NCBI RefSeq assembly: GCF_964355755.1
Contig: NC_092672.1
Span: 2,480,001-2,544,000 of the forward strand
DNA from: Antedon mediterranea
Lineage: Eukaryota; Animalia; Echinodermata
Reading direction: 5' to 3'
Length of the DNA: 64,000 bases
Shown: piece by piece, positions 1-13,227 of the stretch
Layout of the letters: every line of letters starts with the position of its first letter
Numbering within the stretch: the stretch's first letter is position 1
Notes under the pieces: generated by a model
The model's input: only the letters and a program-made list of their open reading frames with translations
What the model was told of the DNA's origin: nothing
Databases searched by the model: none
Made by a program: the position numbers and the translations under genes

Positions 1-3000
1 ATAATGATACGGAGGGCGGTAGTAGAACATTAATTCTTCATCGCTATGCTTAAATGTAGACTGCTATATTATGTAGGCCTAGAGTAGAGTATGATACTAC
101 CAGCATTGTCAAATTAATAAAGAACATTCTGAGACTGCAATTCCAACCAGCAGAAACACTTGAGCCTGGGGATTACTATATTAAACAACATGTAGTTGTT
201 AAATATTAATATATAAAATGACCTGAAACATAAAATCTTCAATATAGTTTCTGTAACCTACTTAACATAAGATATCCCAGCAGAATAAAATGGCTTCATT
301 TTTATACCACATGTGGAATTAACCTCCTGTACCAATAACATACAGTGACTCACTGCTAAATAATTCTACCATAAGAACTATCAATCAAGTTCTGCTATCT
401 GATAATGTTGATTTTTAAAGTACAGTTCAGGCCTAGCTATTGTAAATTTGTGGGAATGAACTCTGGCCCTACAAGGTGACAAGTCAACATACTGGCCTGT
501 GTACGTTTAGCGTCTTTGGCTTATTTATTGAGTTAGCCTCGACTCATCTTGCAATCTAAGTCAAGAGAAGGTCACTGCTAAAATGATTACTGTAGTAATT
601 CGTAGTTTGAAATCAGCACATCAGAAGAATAGACAGAATTCAATCAAATAAAACACACTCCTCTCCTGTAATAATATACAAAACCAAAAGTGTTGACTCG
701 ACGACGAACAATTCCCTTTCTAGTCGTAGCCTAATGAAACCGGTCCACTAGATATCAAATTTCGTATCCTTGCGACACCACAACAAGCAGGCTTACCTAC
801 AATTTTTTTTAAAAACGATATCTAAATTAACTGTGGTTTCTTAAAATTAAAACCATGAATACATTGCTAACCTAGACTTCAATAATGTTAAAACTAAACT
901 TGTATGTTCTATTCTATTCTACTGGCTTCGCTCCATCGATTTCGCAAAATACATCTAGATCCCACATTTTCATGCAACAATGACTTGATCAGACATACTG
1001 TAAACACATGACTCCTTTATCTGGAGGAATTTAGTCAGGCGATTCCTTAAGTAGTAGGCCAAACCGCTCGTGAGAGTTGATGAGAAGAAAAAAAAATAGC
1101 GTGCATCCGGTTCGACTATGAATGATTACAATAATTTTGTAACAGACATGACGAAACAACAGTATGCTTCCTCTAATCACAGAGAATACACTAAAACAAA
1201 ACGTCAACAAATAATATATCGTAATCTAATATTTATATCAAATCGTTATATATACTCGAAACACAATTACTAAAGCTGTTTAACCACGCAACAGTACTGA
1301 ACTGAAAGTTCAGTTAGTATTGAGGGTCAACTTTTATTACGACGAGCGACTCATCACCGATCGATTTTTTTTCGCTTCACTCCAGAACACAAATTCGAAA
1401 GTGTAATAATTTTTTAAAAATTCACGTAAAGTAATATGTATATGTAAGTTTACTAAATAAAATACCTTACTAGCATACTTAGGTTACATGAACTAACAGT
1501 TAGTTAGTTAAGTATTGTTGTAAATTAAGTTGAGAGCAACGAATTGTATGCTACGTTTATATGCAATTCATAATCCCACATTCCATTCATAGAACGTTAC
1601 ACGGTGACAAAAATAAACTCGACCTTGTACAGAATATCACACGTTAAAATGGCAAAAAATTTTAACTACAGCCTTAGTACGAAAACTGATAACAACAAAC
1701 AACAACTAATAATTCTTACCTACAAGTCTATTACAATCGCTATATCACAGCTTATCCCGAATGTTCATAATCGGCGAAAATACTTAGAACCATTTCGATA
1801 CCATTAGTGTTTTGTAGTCAAACATGGCGTTGAAAAATGGACAAAAGCTGTATGTGCGCAGACGCAATGCGGTCTACAGCGGTGTATCAAAGATTGAATT
1901 CCGTTGTTTGTAAGAGTTTCTATATCGCTTTATAAAGACTAGTAAAAAACTGGGCGTGGATAGAATTTTGAAATGTTTATAGTTTAGTTAAACATCGTGT
2001 ATTTATGTGAATTTCTTCATAGTTACTATCTGTAATGCATTCATAATGTAGGCCTATTTATTCGAAATATATCATACATTTTAACACGTCACATGTATGA
2101 TTTGAAAACAAAAACTAGGCCTAGGTTTTTTGTGTTTTATTAACGTGTACACGGTCCATGGTTTAATTTACACTGTGTTGATAGGCTAAATCATGCATGA
2201 TATAAATAAATAATGATCATAGCATATATATAGCATATGTAATTATACAATTTTGCATTTATCATTAGACAGCGTTACAATATTGTTTCATATTTACAGC
2301 AGATCATACGTGGCCTTGTTGTAGTTCAGTAGATAAAGCGAATCCGAAACAGATTTCCGTGATAAATTATTTTACGTAGGCATATCGTACTCCCATTATC
2401 TGGATGTACAAATGCTTGTATAGAGATCGGACAGGTCGAATAACATGAACAAACACATGAGCATACAATGTATATGCTGCCAATGTGTTTTAGACAAAGT
2501 CCCAATCATTCTACTAAATGTATCTGAACTGAACTTTTTTTTTCTTTTACATTAATATACGGGCAGTCTCATACTTGTTATATAAGCTTGAACCAGATGA
2601 AACACATTTATTTGTTCATCTCCATATGCTTGCTCGAATTAATCAATATTATTTAATTTTGTCACATTTAATGATTTCAATTATTTTTAATGAAAAGGTG
2701 CCAATGTAGGTAGAAATGTGCTCATATCGTCTCATAATTTTGTATAAATTAAGATTTGGGAAGAAGAGATAGCCAAAAATTTTATTCAAAACTGAAATGA
2801 TGCAAATTATTTTGAGAATTTAATTTTATATCCTTAATTTTGCATAATTGTGTATAGCCTGAAATCACGTAACGTCAGAATTTTATTGCCACGGAAAATG
2901 TTCAGTGTGTGTACAGTATGGCATCTCGTGACTACGACGATCTAATTTTAGTCCGAATGGTTACTATCCGCCATGTTGAATATTCAATAAACAGTATAAA

Positions 3001-5302
3001 ATATTTATAATTTTAATATGCATGAATTTGTGATTTCTTTACCATTTGTTACTAATACAACATGTAGATAGTGGTGTTGTAGGCCTTGGTCATTAATGCT
3101 AAAATACAAACACTTAAAATCCGTGACGAGTTCTAATTTGTTATTTTAAAAATCTTCATTTTTTCCAGTAACAATTTAACATTCATCCAGACGTCCGGAA
3201 GTAATATATTATTAGCAATGACACTTATATACGTCATTGTGTAGAACTAATGTCAACATTAAAAATGTATTCGTATACATGAATTATTATCATATTCTTT
3301 CCATATTTTACTATATTATAGTGAGGATTTATAATAAAAATGATGAGAATAATTACAATTTCCAAGTACAGTACGTGCCACAATACGTACGGTACGGATG
3401 TTTACAAACGAACACAGACGTGTTTGATATTATTACTAATACTATATTTGGCGATTCAAACAAGCTTTTATTGCTGCGTTCACGTTTGATTGTCGGCACC
3501 AGCTAGATATTCTTTAATACAGAAAAATGATCATTTACATTTTACTCCGCATCTAAGGGTATACCAGTAAGAAATTAATATATTTTAAATGAGCAAAAAC
3601 GCTATAATATCAATCAATTTGATACAATAATTGGTTGATCATTATGTCTATAACCTTGCACTGTACCTCTATGTTTTGTTATGTTCCTATATCTATTTGA
3701 TTTTGTTTTTCAGTGATAAGCCTTAAGTTTAACATTTTTCTATCAATCGACCAACAGTGAGTAATAATTAATTATAAAGAGGCATATTTTTAAAATAATC
3801 AGCAAACAAAGTAGTAGGCATATAACAAGTAATAACATTCAGTTTTCACATTCAGTAAATGCAGAATAATGAAAAAATATACATAAAAAAAAGTATATTT
3901 GTTAAATAATACCTTTTAGTCATTAGCCACCTTAGAGTTGATCAGAATAAACGAAACACCACACACTAAATTAGGTGTATCTAAATGATTACTTACATTT
4001 TATATAGTACAAACTAAGACCTAACGTCTTGGATGTAATTCCGTGTCCGTGTTTTTTGTGTGTTTTTTTAGAAAGAAGACGATAATTTTAAAATAGTTTC
4101 AATGAATGAGGTTTTATCACAGCTTCGCTTTTGCCTGAAGATGATATAATTGAGATCGACTCTGAGTACCAATGTACGTACATCTATATACTTAATAATG
4201 ATAATATTTATCTGTAAGAACAGGCCCAAATAGAGTATGCACTTAAATTATCAAAGCAACCATTTTTTAATTTAAGCAATCTTAACACAATATAACAGAA
4301 GAACACATAATAGTTTATTACAATTTACATTGACATGTTCTCGTTTTTTTTCAGTTGTGAATATCAGAAAGATGTCATCGTCTTGGATGTGTTGGTTATC
4401 GTATCGATAGCTTGGACTTCTTTTAATATGATTAATCTACCAATATTGCAATCCATTCACATGCAATAACTTGATTCACATGTTTTGGTTGAATTAAAAA
4501 AATAATCCTCGGACGACTTATATATGAAGTTTTAGTTTATGTACCTTTGGTTTTGAATTAAATGGAAAATTGGACATTTAAATAAGAAAATATGTAATTT
4601 AATGTGATTATTTTTTTTCCAATTTGTCATAATATAAGTCTGAATAAACAACACAAAATAAAGAAACTTTATTAATTAATAAACAATTCGCTCATTTAAT
4701 GACGTCATCGTGGTTCAATATTTCCATCTAAAATTTGAGAAAACGTTAACATCTGATATGCTGATTCTACATTAATTTGATATCTGTTCAGATTTTTGTT
4801 TATGTTTTCTCAAACTTATCTTAAATAAATTAAAATAATGAATTTGTAGGTCATTAGCGAATAGTGTTTTCCAAAACCTTCTGCACTTTCTGGTTGTTTT
4901 GCTTGATTTTTTGGTTTAGCCTTATTGCTTGTTGTATTTTGTATTATATTCATTGCAATTCAGTCACTGATACCACATCATTGTAATATTCAGTATTTGC
5001 CTTTAATTGTGACCTAATATACGTATAATCTATAGGCATTGTATCATATCAAGTTAGGTATGAATTCATACTTTCGTGATAGTTTGTCACATCAACAAAT
5101 TGCATAATGTCTGTAAATACTTGCTTGTATTTACTTGTTGCTAAACGTTTGGAAAATAAATATATTTAACTATTTATTTATTGAATCACACTCTTGTTGA
5201 AGTTACAAGACCAGCCAATTCTGGCTTTTGAAATAACAATTAAAATAGACATGAAAAAAACATCAAATAAAATAACAACTTTAAACACTCTTACACACCA
5301 AA

Positions 5303-5344
5303 TCTCCTGAGAACGATCAAAGCATATTGATCGAAACGTCGAAC
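5303..5344 (+). ncRNA. Penelope-type minimal hammerhead ribozyme-like motif (variant core)
   Basis: CTGAGAAC-GATCAA-agcata-TTGATC-GAAACGTC: perfect 6-bp stem II and palindromic ACGT stem III; stem I is only 2 bp. Confidence 0.4.
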
Positions 5345-5895
5345 ATTTTTATATCAACAACACCAAACCTTTTTTTATATATGTCATATGTCACCTCAGT
5401 TCACAATAATAAAATATTGTCATCAATTAAATCTAATATACCGGTACGTGTTTTTTTTTTGTATTTTCTTTCCATTTATACTGTGATGAATTATTTTTCA
5501 AATAGATCCTTGCGTTCTTTTCCGGTTGAAACGCGCTAATGCAAAACGTTACAGTTATTGTTCAGGTCAGGTCAACCTTGTGAAATAAAACAATGGGATT
5601 GTGTTTTGTAAATTCTTGGTTCAAACACCATGCTTTAAAAAATCGAATTAAAAGTCTGTAGAGAGTACCGATCGCCACTTACAAAAGACTCGACCCTGAC
5701 AATTGGCAAAAGCGTTCGCTTATTATTTCAATATTATTCATTTTCAATATACCAAAAATATCATAATTCAAATGATATTTAATCATTTATAAAAGTAAAT
5801 AATTTAAAATAAAAAATAATAAACACGTTCGAACCCATAGATCCATTTAGGAATCTTAGATTAGGCCTCATTTATGAAAAAAAGTTCTTTTCTAA

Positions 5896-6054
5896 AGCTC
5901 TGTTTACATTATCAAACTTTATGTGACAAAAAAAATGTATGTGCCCATTATGGACATGATGATGTCATATCACATATTTGAGCATATCACTACCATATTT
6001 GGGCACATTGCACTTTTTTTTGTCAAACTATAGTTTGATAGTATAGACAGAGCT
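5896..6054. mobile_element. MITE family 1 (PIF/Harbinger-like; TIR AGCTCTGTCTACACTATCAAAC)
   Basis: Terminal inverted repeats, TWA flanks and internal CACTACCATATTTGGGCA repeats. Confidence 0.8.
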
Positions 6055-8300
6055 TTAAATTGTAGAGTAGACCATTATTTTCAAAATATGGCTGACCTTG
6101 GTAGATGTCCCGTATTTTAAAAGTGCATACCGTGTCAGATTCCTACAAGTTACGCGCACCCCTGGATCAACCGCGTTTTACCACTCCTAAATTCTTCTCA
6201 ACAATATTGTTATTTATTACAGATGTTCCGTTTAGATTTTCAAACATGCAATTAAGGTACCGAAAATGAAACTTAGCATTGCTTTCGAAAAAACAGTGTA
6301 TATCAAAAGTTGTTATTGTAAATTCTGAAAACAAAATATACATACGATGAAAACGTTTAGTTTTAAGGAATAATAGAAATCGTATCGTTACGTAAGGCCT
6401 ATACTTTATTCAAACATGATGCAGAATCAGTAAAATGAATTGGATATACCACCAACAGTACGGTATTTCATGTGGAATTGTAATTGTTTTTCATATAATA
6501 CAAACTTTACAATAAAATTAAATGACAAAAAACAAGAATTAATTTTTAATAAAAACTCAGATTTGAGTTAATTTAGTTTTATTTTTTTACTTTTGTAAGT
6601 TGAACGTAACCTGGGATTTTTTGTACATTTTAATTAAATTAATTTAATTTAACAATAAAAAATGAAAATAAATATAACTTGAACAGTTGCCATTCAATAT
6701 AGGCCTACGTGTTTTTAAAAGTTTATAAGGTTAACGTAACCTGTCATTACACTATATAAATTGCATTTTTTATTTTCTTAATCGTAATGAAAAGATATAA
6801 CCGTTTAAATGCGCTTCGATTTTGCTCAATATCTAAACAACTGAAAGATTAAAAAGTAATCTCTTTGCATACAAATGTAATTATTAGAACATTATTAGAT
6901 TATATTAATTTTTATCCTTCGGTTATCTTTAATTTACAATCTGCGATGAATAATCTTATAGCATATTAGATATTTAATATTTTAATGTGTAATTGATATT
7001 GTAATCAAATTGATATTATGATAATTTTGCCAATGTATACGGCATTTTATCCTTTTGCCGCCTTTGTATCCTTTGTGTATGAATAAAAAATACCCGATGT
7101 ATCGAAAGATAAATTGATAAGACCATGTATTGTATAAATATTGACAGTGTTACATCGTCTATCTAGCCATCGTATGCTAATTACAAAGATACTTCCCTTT
7201 TTACATAGTTTTGCTTTCGTCAGAGGTCAAACTATAATCACTTAATAGCTTATGATTATTTCAAGATGTAATATATAGACTAGTGTACTTCGAATGAATT
7301 GTGAATGCTACGCGTCCCCTACGCGTACATCAGTATCATGTATTTGGTGCCTGCTGGGATATCTGACATTCTAAGCAGACGAAGACTCGTTACGTCACAC
7401 AAGAGAACATACAATTCCACAAAGAAAAAAAAACCCTTAAAAACAACATATAATATTCCTGATAGAGACACGAACATTCAGTCAAAGACAATTCTCTCTT
7501 CGTCCTGTGTGGCAACTTTAATTCATATTCACAATTAGATAAAACTACGTCATCAGCATGTAACATTATAATAAAAATGCATCAATTAATTGTGATATGA
7601 TCGATAGTGTGGTATTTCGCTTTCATTTTGTGTTTGTTTATATCAAGATTCAGGGATTGCCTTGGTTACTCTTTTGATAAAGGATGAAAATCACGTACAT
7701 TAGTTATAGGCCTACAAAAAATGACGGCAATTAGTTCACGCGTTATACACATCCAAATAAGGGTCATGGTAATTTCTTCCATTGTAACAGGAAGCGCGCA
7801 ATAAAAAGGTCGATGAGTTTTTGTAAGCATAATGATATTAATGTTCCATTTCTAAAGTGTGTGAGAGTTGCTGGTAACTCGCAGTGTTACTTTTAGATAT
7901 AGAGATAGTCAGCATTTGGATCACGTTCTGAATGTGTTTACTGTTGACCTTGCATACACTAAAACAGTATAAACGACATAGCTTTTTTAGTTATGATAAT
8001 CTGGTAATACTTTTTAAACTCCACTTAACAATGTCTAAAATAAAATGATATTTTCATATTATATTTCAGTTTTTTATAACATGATTCTGAAATAGTTATA
8101 TCAGAATATAACCAGAATATAACCAGAAAATAATACTTTAAAAAATTATCAGCAATTAAACATGATTAAGATCTGCATTGCTGAGTAACGTTTTAAGTTA
8201 GAATTATTATTTTATGAAAGATTGAATGGATAACATTCTCTGAACATACATTTTTTTATTTCTCTACGATTTACAGCCTTACTGTACCAAATCAAATTAT

Positions 8301-8354
8301 TGATGATGATGATGATGACGATGATGATGATGATAGTGATGATGATGATGATGA
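8301..8354. repeat. (GAT)n microsatellite
   Basis: Directly visible. Confidence 0.9.
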
Positions 8355-11270
8355 ATCTAAATATCTTGCTGCTGAGAAAGATGATATTAAGGAATACCTG
8401 ATATAAAAAATCTATTAAAAATATCTGTTTATTATAAATATAATTTAAACAAAGTAAATATCATTTTTCCTTTCGCAACTGACGATAAATAATAAAAACA
8501 GTTTTGTATGTAAATTATATCCTGGTCCTAATAGTTTTTAATTTTGTTATTGTACCAAATCTCCTTTTTCTCTTGAATGTCAAAGGTTACCAACGTATAA
8601 ACTGCAGAGTTTAAAAGTAATAATTCTGGCGGAAAACATTTAATTCATGTTTGAAATTCTGTAGTTATGCCCCTTTTACAAAACGTACGGTAGAATATTT
8701 CCTGGTGGAAGGGCCAAATAAGAATGTGTTGTTGATATAGGCAAAAAATAACGTAATAATTAAAGATGTAGATATTTCTAATGTTAAAAGTCCGTAGAAT
8801 TACGTACTGCTTGACGTATTGTAATTGTGAAACATTATTGACTGTTATATCTATAATAATTAATTGTAACTGACTATATTTTTTGTGACATTTTTTATGG
8901 GTCGGGAATTGTTACGACGAGAATGTGCCGCCGTTTTAAAAGAGAGTAAACTATGAATATATTATTAAGATAATCTAGAATCTCGAAATGAGTATTATTT
9001 TGAAAGCAGACCTATGACAATTCTGATGATTTTGATTGATTTGCCTACGAATAAATTATTATAGCTACTTTACTTTTTTTAATCACACGGCATAAAAATT
9101 TCATAAATTCCTGCCTATAAAATGATTTAAATATTTATAATTGTAATCTTTCTCAATTTATTCTTAAATATATTTAGAACGAAATTATTTGAATTTTTAT
9201 TTTAATATGTGTTTTATGTTAATATATTCAAACCCTTTCCACTTTGGTTTGAAATGAGAATATAAAAGAAAAAAAGTGATCTTATCATTTTGCCATTTTG
9301 GCCTTAATTTGGGTTACTTGATTCAGGATTACAATTCGGATATTGTCGTCAAACAAGCTGTGACGTCACAGACGTACTAAATAAACTAGCCCGTTAGTTT
9401 TATTCTCATAGTAATCGGTATGTTTATCATTGTGTTAAATCTTACTGTTATAAAGTTATAAGTTTGTATTTTCTTTGCTAAATGTACCATTTTGGAACTA
9501 TCCAAGTTTTCTTTAAACTGTCCATCATGCTGAACTCAATCGGCGTATGGATAACACTTTTCTGAATAAACGGAAGTATGCGAGTACCGATAAGGACCTT
9601 GGTAATACTTACTTATAACTCAAATTCACCACAGGTTGACTGATCGTACTTATACACAGATTTTCACTTTAAATTTCCATAGCCTGCAGACTTGATTCTG
9701 TTTTTTCTGTTAAGAACTATTATTAAGATGACGCCATGATTTGGGATATTTTTGTTTCTTGTGCGCGTGTCTGTTTTGAAAACATGTGTATGCTAATTAA
9801 TGTTCACGTCACACGCGCTAATTGTTATTTTTCAAATACCACAACATAATGTTCCCTTGCGCTTTAATGTAACATTATTTCGCTTTTTATCGTTTTTATA
9901 GTGTTTTAGTTTAGAGGTTAGACTTCATTCAATTGTGTAGGTTTATGGGATTCATGGTAGTAGTCTTAGGAAAAGATACCTAAAGCTGCAGTAGACAATA
10001 TTCTATTGAGCTTAATCTGAGGTATAGCATCCATTGTTAAAGAAACACAATGGTAAACAATCCTATGCATTAGAGGGAATCGTAATACCAAATCTTCAAT
10101 AGCAAATTGCGGAAATGACCAGTTTAGGAAGTAAGCTAATTGATTACCCAGTGGTAACGCAGAAAAAAAAAAACTTTCTATCTGTTATGCCTTGGTTAGT
10201 TTATTTGTCTCCTTCATAGTTTTAAGTTTCAACATTATGTATTTTTATTTTTTACATATTTCTATTTTTTTAATATAAGAAAATAGGTAATTAATAGGAG
10301 TCAAATAATTATAAACATTTGCTGATTACATGAATAATAAATTCTAAATATATTTAGTGTGTGCATGGAGCTATAGCTCCATGGTGTGTGTTTACACAAC
10401 AAAAGTAAAATAAATCTTCAAAGCTAATGGAGCTTGTTTTATAACATACATATTTAAGATGTATAAAATATTCTTGTTGTACTATTTAATTTTAATCACG
10501 ATGTTCTTAATGAGATATATTATATAGCTAGTTTATATAGGCCTATACTAACTTACTATACTGTAAATAAATATGAATTAAAGAGCTGCATAGGCAGGGT
10601 AGATAGAAACAAATATATAGATAGAAAAATTCCAGATCCTGTACGAACATTTTAACCATACATTTTTATGAGAAAATAGACAATATACATTGTCTACATT
10701 AATATATAAGAGTCTTTATTCCATGTTATTACGACACATTCATAAAGTTATATCTATCTAGCGTTTCTTTCAGACTAAAGCTCTGTCTACATGATCAAAC
10801 TTATGTAATGTGTTGTGCCCACATAATGGACATGATGATGTCATATTACTACCATATTTTAGCATGTCATTACCATATTTGGGCACATCATACTTTAATT
10901 TTATGTTTCAAAATTATGTATATTTATTTTTTACATATTTAGTTCTTTTTTTAAAAATCATAAAAATTTGCTGATTACATGAATAATAAATTCTAAATAT
11001 GTTTAGTGTGTGTTTACACAATAAAAGTAAAAGAAATCTTCAAAGCTAATGGAGCTTGTTTTATAACATAGGCTACATATTTAGGATGTATAGAATATTC
11101 TTGTTTTAATCACGATGTTCTTAATGAGATATTTTATATAGCTAGTTTATATAGGCCTATACCAACTTACTATACTGTAAAAATATGAATTAAAGAGCTG
11201 CATAGGTAGGGTATATAGAAACAAATATATAGATAGAAAAAAAGTCAAAACTGCCTCAATAAATTTATTG

Positions 11271-11310
11271 ATACGACATGTTTCGAGCATTAGCCTATCA
11301 TCAGGAGAAG
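11271..11310 (-). ncRNA. Degenerate Penelope-type hammerhead-like motif (second copy at 12187-12226)
   Basis: The minus strand reads CTGATGA-TAGGCTAA(T/C)GCTC-GAAACATGTC. Confidence 0.35.
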
Positions 11311-12581
11311 ATAATTGTAACAAAGGATACACTGTAAAGATATCGTTGTTTGAAAATTAGCTACTTATGGGTTTTGTTTTAATATTTATTTACCATAATT
11401 ATGAGTACATTCAAGAAAATAACGAAAAAGAGGGTGATTTAGAATGAGAAGTATTAACGCACATCTATAATATGTATTTGTGATTATGACGAACTAATAG
11501 AATTGATAGTTTACACCACAAAAGAGGGAAAACAATTCCAGATCCTGTACGAACATTATTTTTAACCATAGATTTTTATGAGAAAATAGAAAATATACAT
11601 TGTCTACATTAATATATAAGAGTCTTTATTCTATGTTTTTACGACACATTCATAAAGTTATATCTATCTAGCGTTTCTTTCAGACTAAAGCTCTGTCTAC
11701 ATGATCAAACTTATGTAATGTGTTGTGCCCACATAATGGACATGATGATGTCATATTACTACCATATTTTAGCATGTCATTACCATATTTGGGCACATCA
11801 TACTTTAATTTTAAGTTTCAAAATTATGTATATTTATTTTTTACATATTTAGTTCTTTTTTTAAAAATCATAAAAATTTGCTGATTACATGAATAATAAA
11901 TTCTAAATAATTATGTTTAGTGTGTGTTTACACAATAAAAGTAAAAGAAATCTTCAAAGCTAATGGAGCTTGTTTTATAACATAGGCTACATATTTAGGA
12001 TGTATAGAATATTCTTGTTTTAATCACGATGTTCTTAATGAGATATTTTATATAGCTAGTTTATATAGGCCTATACCAACTTACTATACTGTAAATAAAT
12101 ATGAATTAAAGAGCTGCATAGGCAGGGTAGATAGAAACAAATATATAGATAGAAAAAAAGTCAAAACTGCCTCAATAAATTTATTAATACGACATGTTTC
12201 GAGCGTTAGCCTATCATCAGGAGAAGATAATTGTAACAAAGGATACACTGTAAAGATATCGTTGTTTGAAAATTAGCTACTTATGGGTTTTGTTTTAATA
12301 TTTATTTACCATAATTATGAGTACATTCAAGAAAATAACGAAAAAGAGGGTGATTTAGAAAGAGAAATATTAACGCACATCTATAATATGTATTTGTGAT
12401 TATGACGAACTAATAGAATTGATAGTTTACACCACAAAAGAGGGAAAAAATTCCAGATCCTGTACGAACATTTTAACCATATTGTAATGAGGAAGTAGAC
12501 ATTAATATATATGAGTCTTTATTCTATGTTATTACGACACATTCATAAAGTTATATCTATCTAGCGTTTCTTTCAGACTAA

Positions 12582-12734
12582 AGCTCTGTCTACATTATCA
12601 AACTTATGTAATGTGATGTGCTCATATATGGACATGATGATGTCGTATTACTACCACATTTGGGAATATCACTACCATAATTGGGCACATCATACTTTTT
12701 TTTGTCAAATTAGTTTGATAGTGTAGACAGAGCT
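12582..12734. mobile_element. MITE family 1, full copy (truncated copies at ~10779-10895 and ~11689-11805)
   Basis: TIRs with TAA/TAA target duplication. Confidence 0.85.
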
Positions 12735-13086
12735 TAATGATGGACCTCCATTTTGTCATACATATCTGTATTTCTTCAGCGAAGTTACAAAATGATCTTT
12801 TGCCCGTTGATCAAGCTCCGGCACCGACTCTTACCAAAAATATTCTGATTACCCAAAAGTGCTATCAACGTTTATCTCAGTTCAGTAACAGTTTTTGAAT
12901 ATTCGACATTTTGATTTTGTTTGACTAAAATATTGTGTTTGAAATTAACACTAAAACCTTCATTATCTAATTCAGACTGACAAATGGAGCGTAAATAGCG
13001 TTAGAATACCATAATAACCAAAGGAATGCCACTATTATTTCACAATTGTATACTACACCAAGGAGGAATCCATGGGTAGGCTTTAA

Positions 13087-13227
13087 AGCTCCGTCTACAC
13101 TATCAAACTTATGTGAACAAAATGTGATGTGCCCATATGGACATGATGATGTCATACCACAATTGGGCGTAATCTCTACTATATTTGGTAGAGAATTGTT
13201 TTGTGTCAAACTAGTGAAAATAGAGCT
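13087..13227. mobile_element. MITE family 1
   Basis: TIRs (3' one degenerate), TAA/TAA flanks. Confidence 0.75.

Larger units (their letters stand above)
10222..12734. repeat. Tandem triplication, units ~10222-10900 (internally deleted), 10901-11810, 11811-12734
   Basis: Near-identical blocks recur, e.g. TTCAAAGCTAATGGAGCTTG and CATTCATAAAGTTATATCTATCTAGCG appear three times. Confidence 0.92.
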
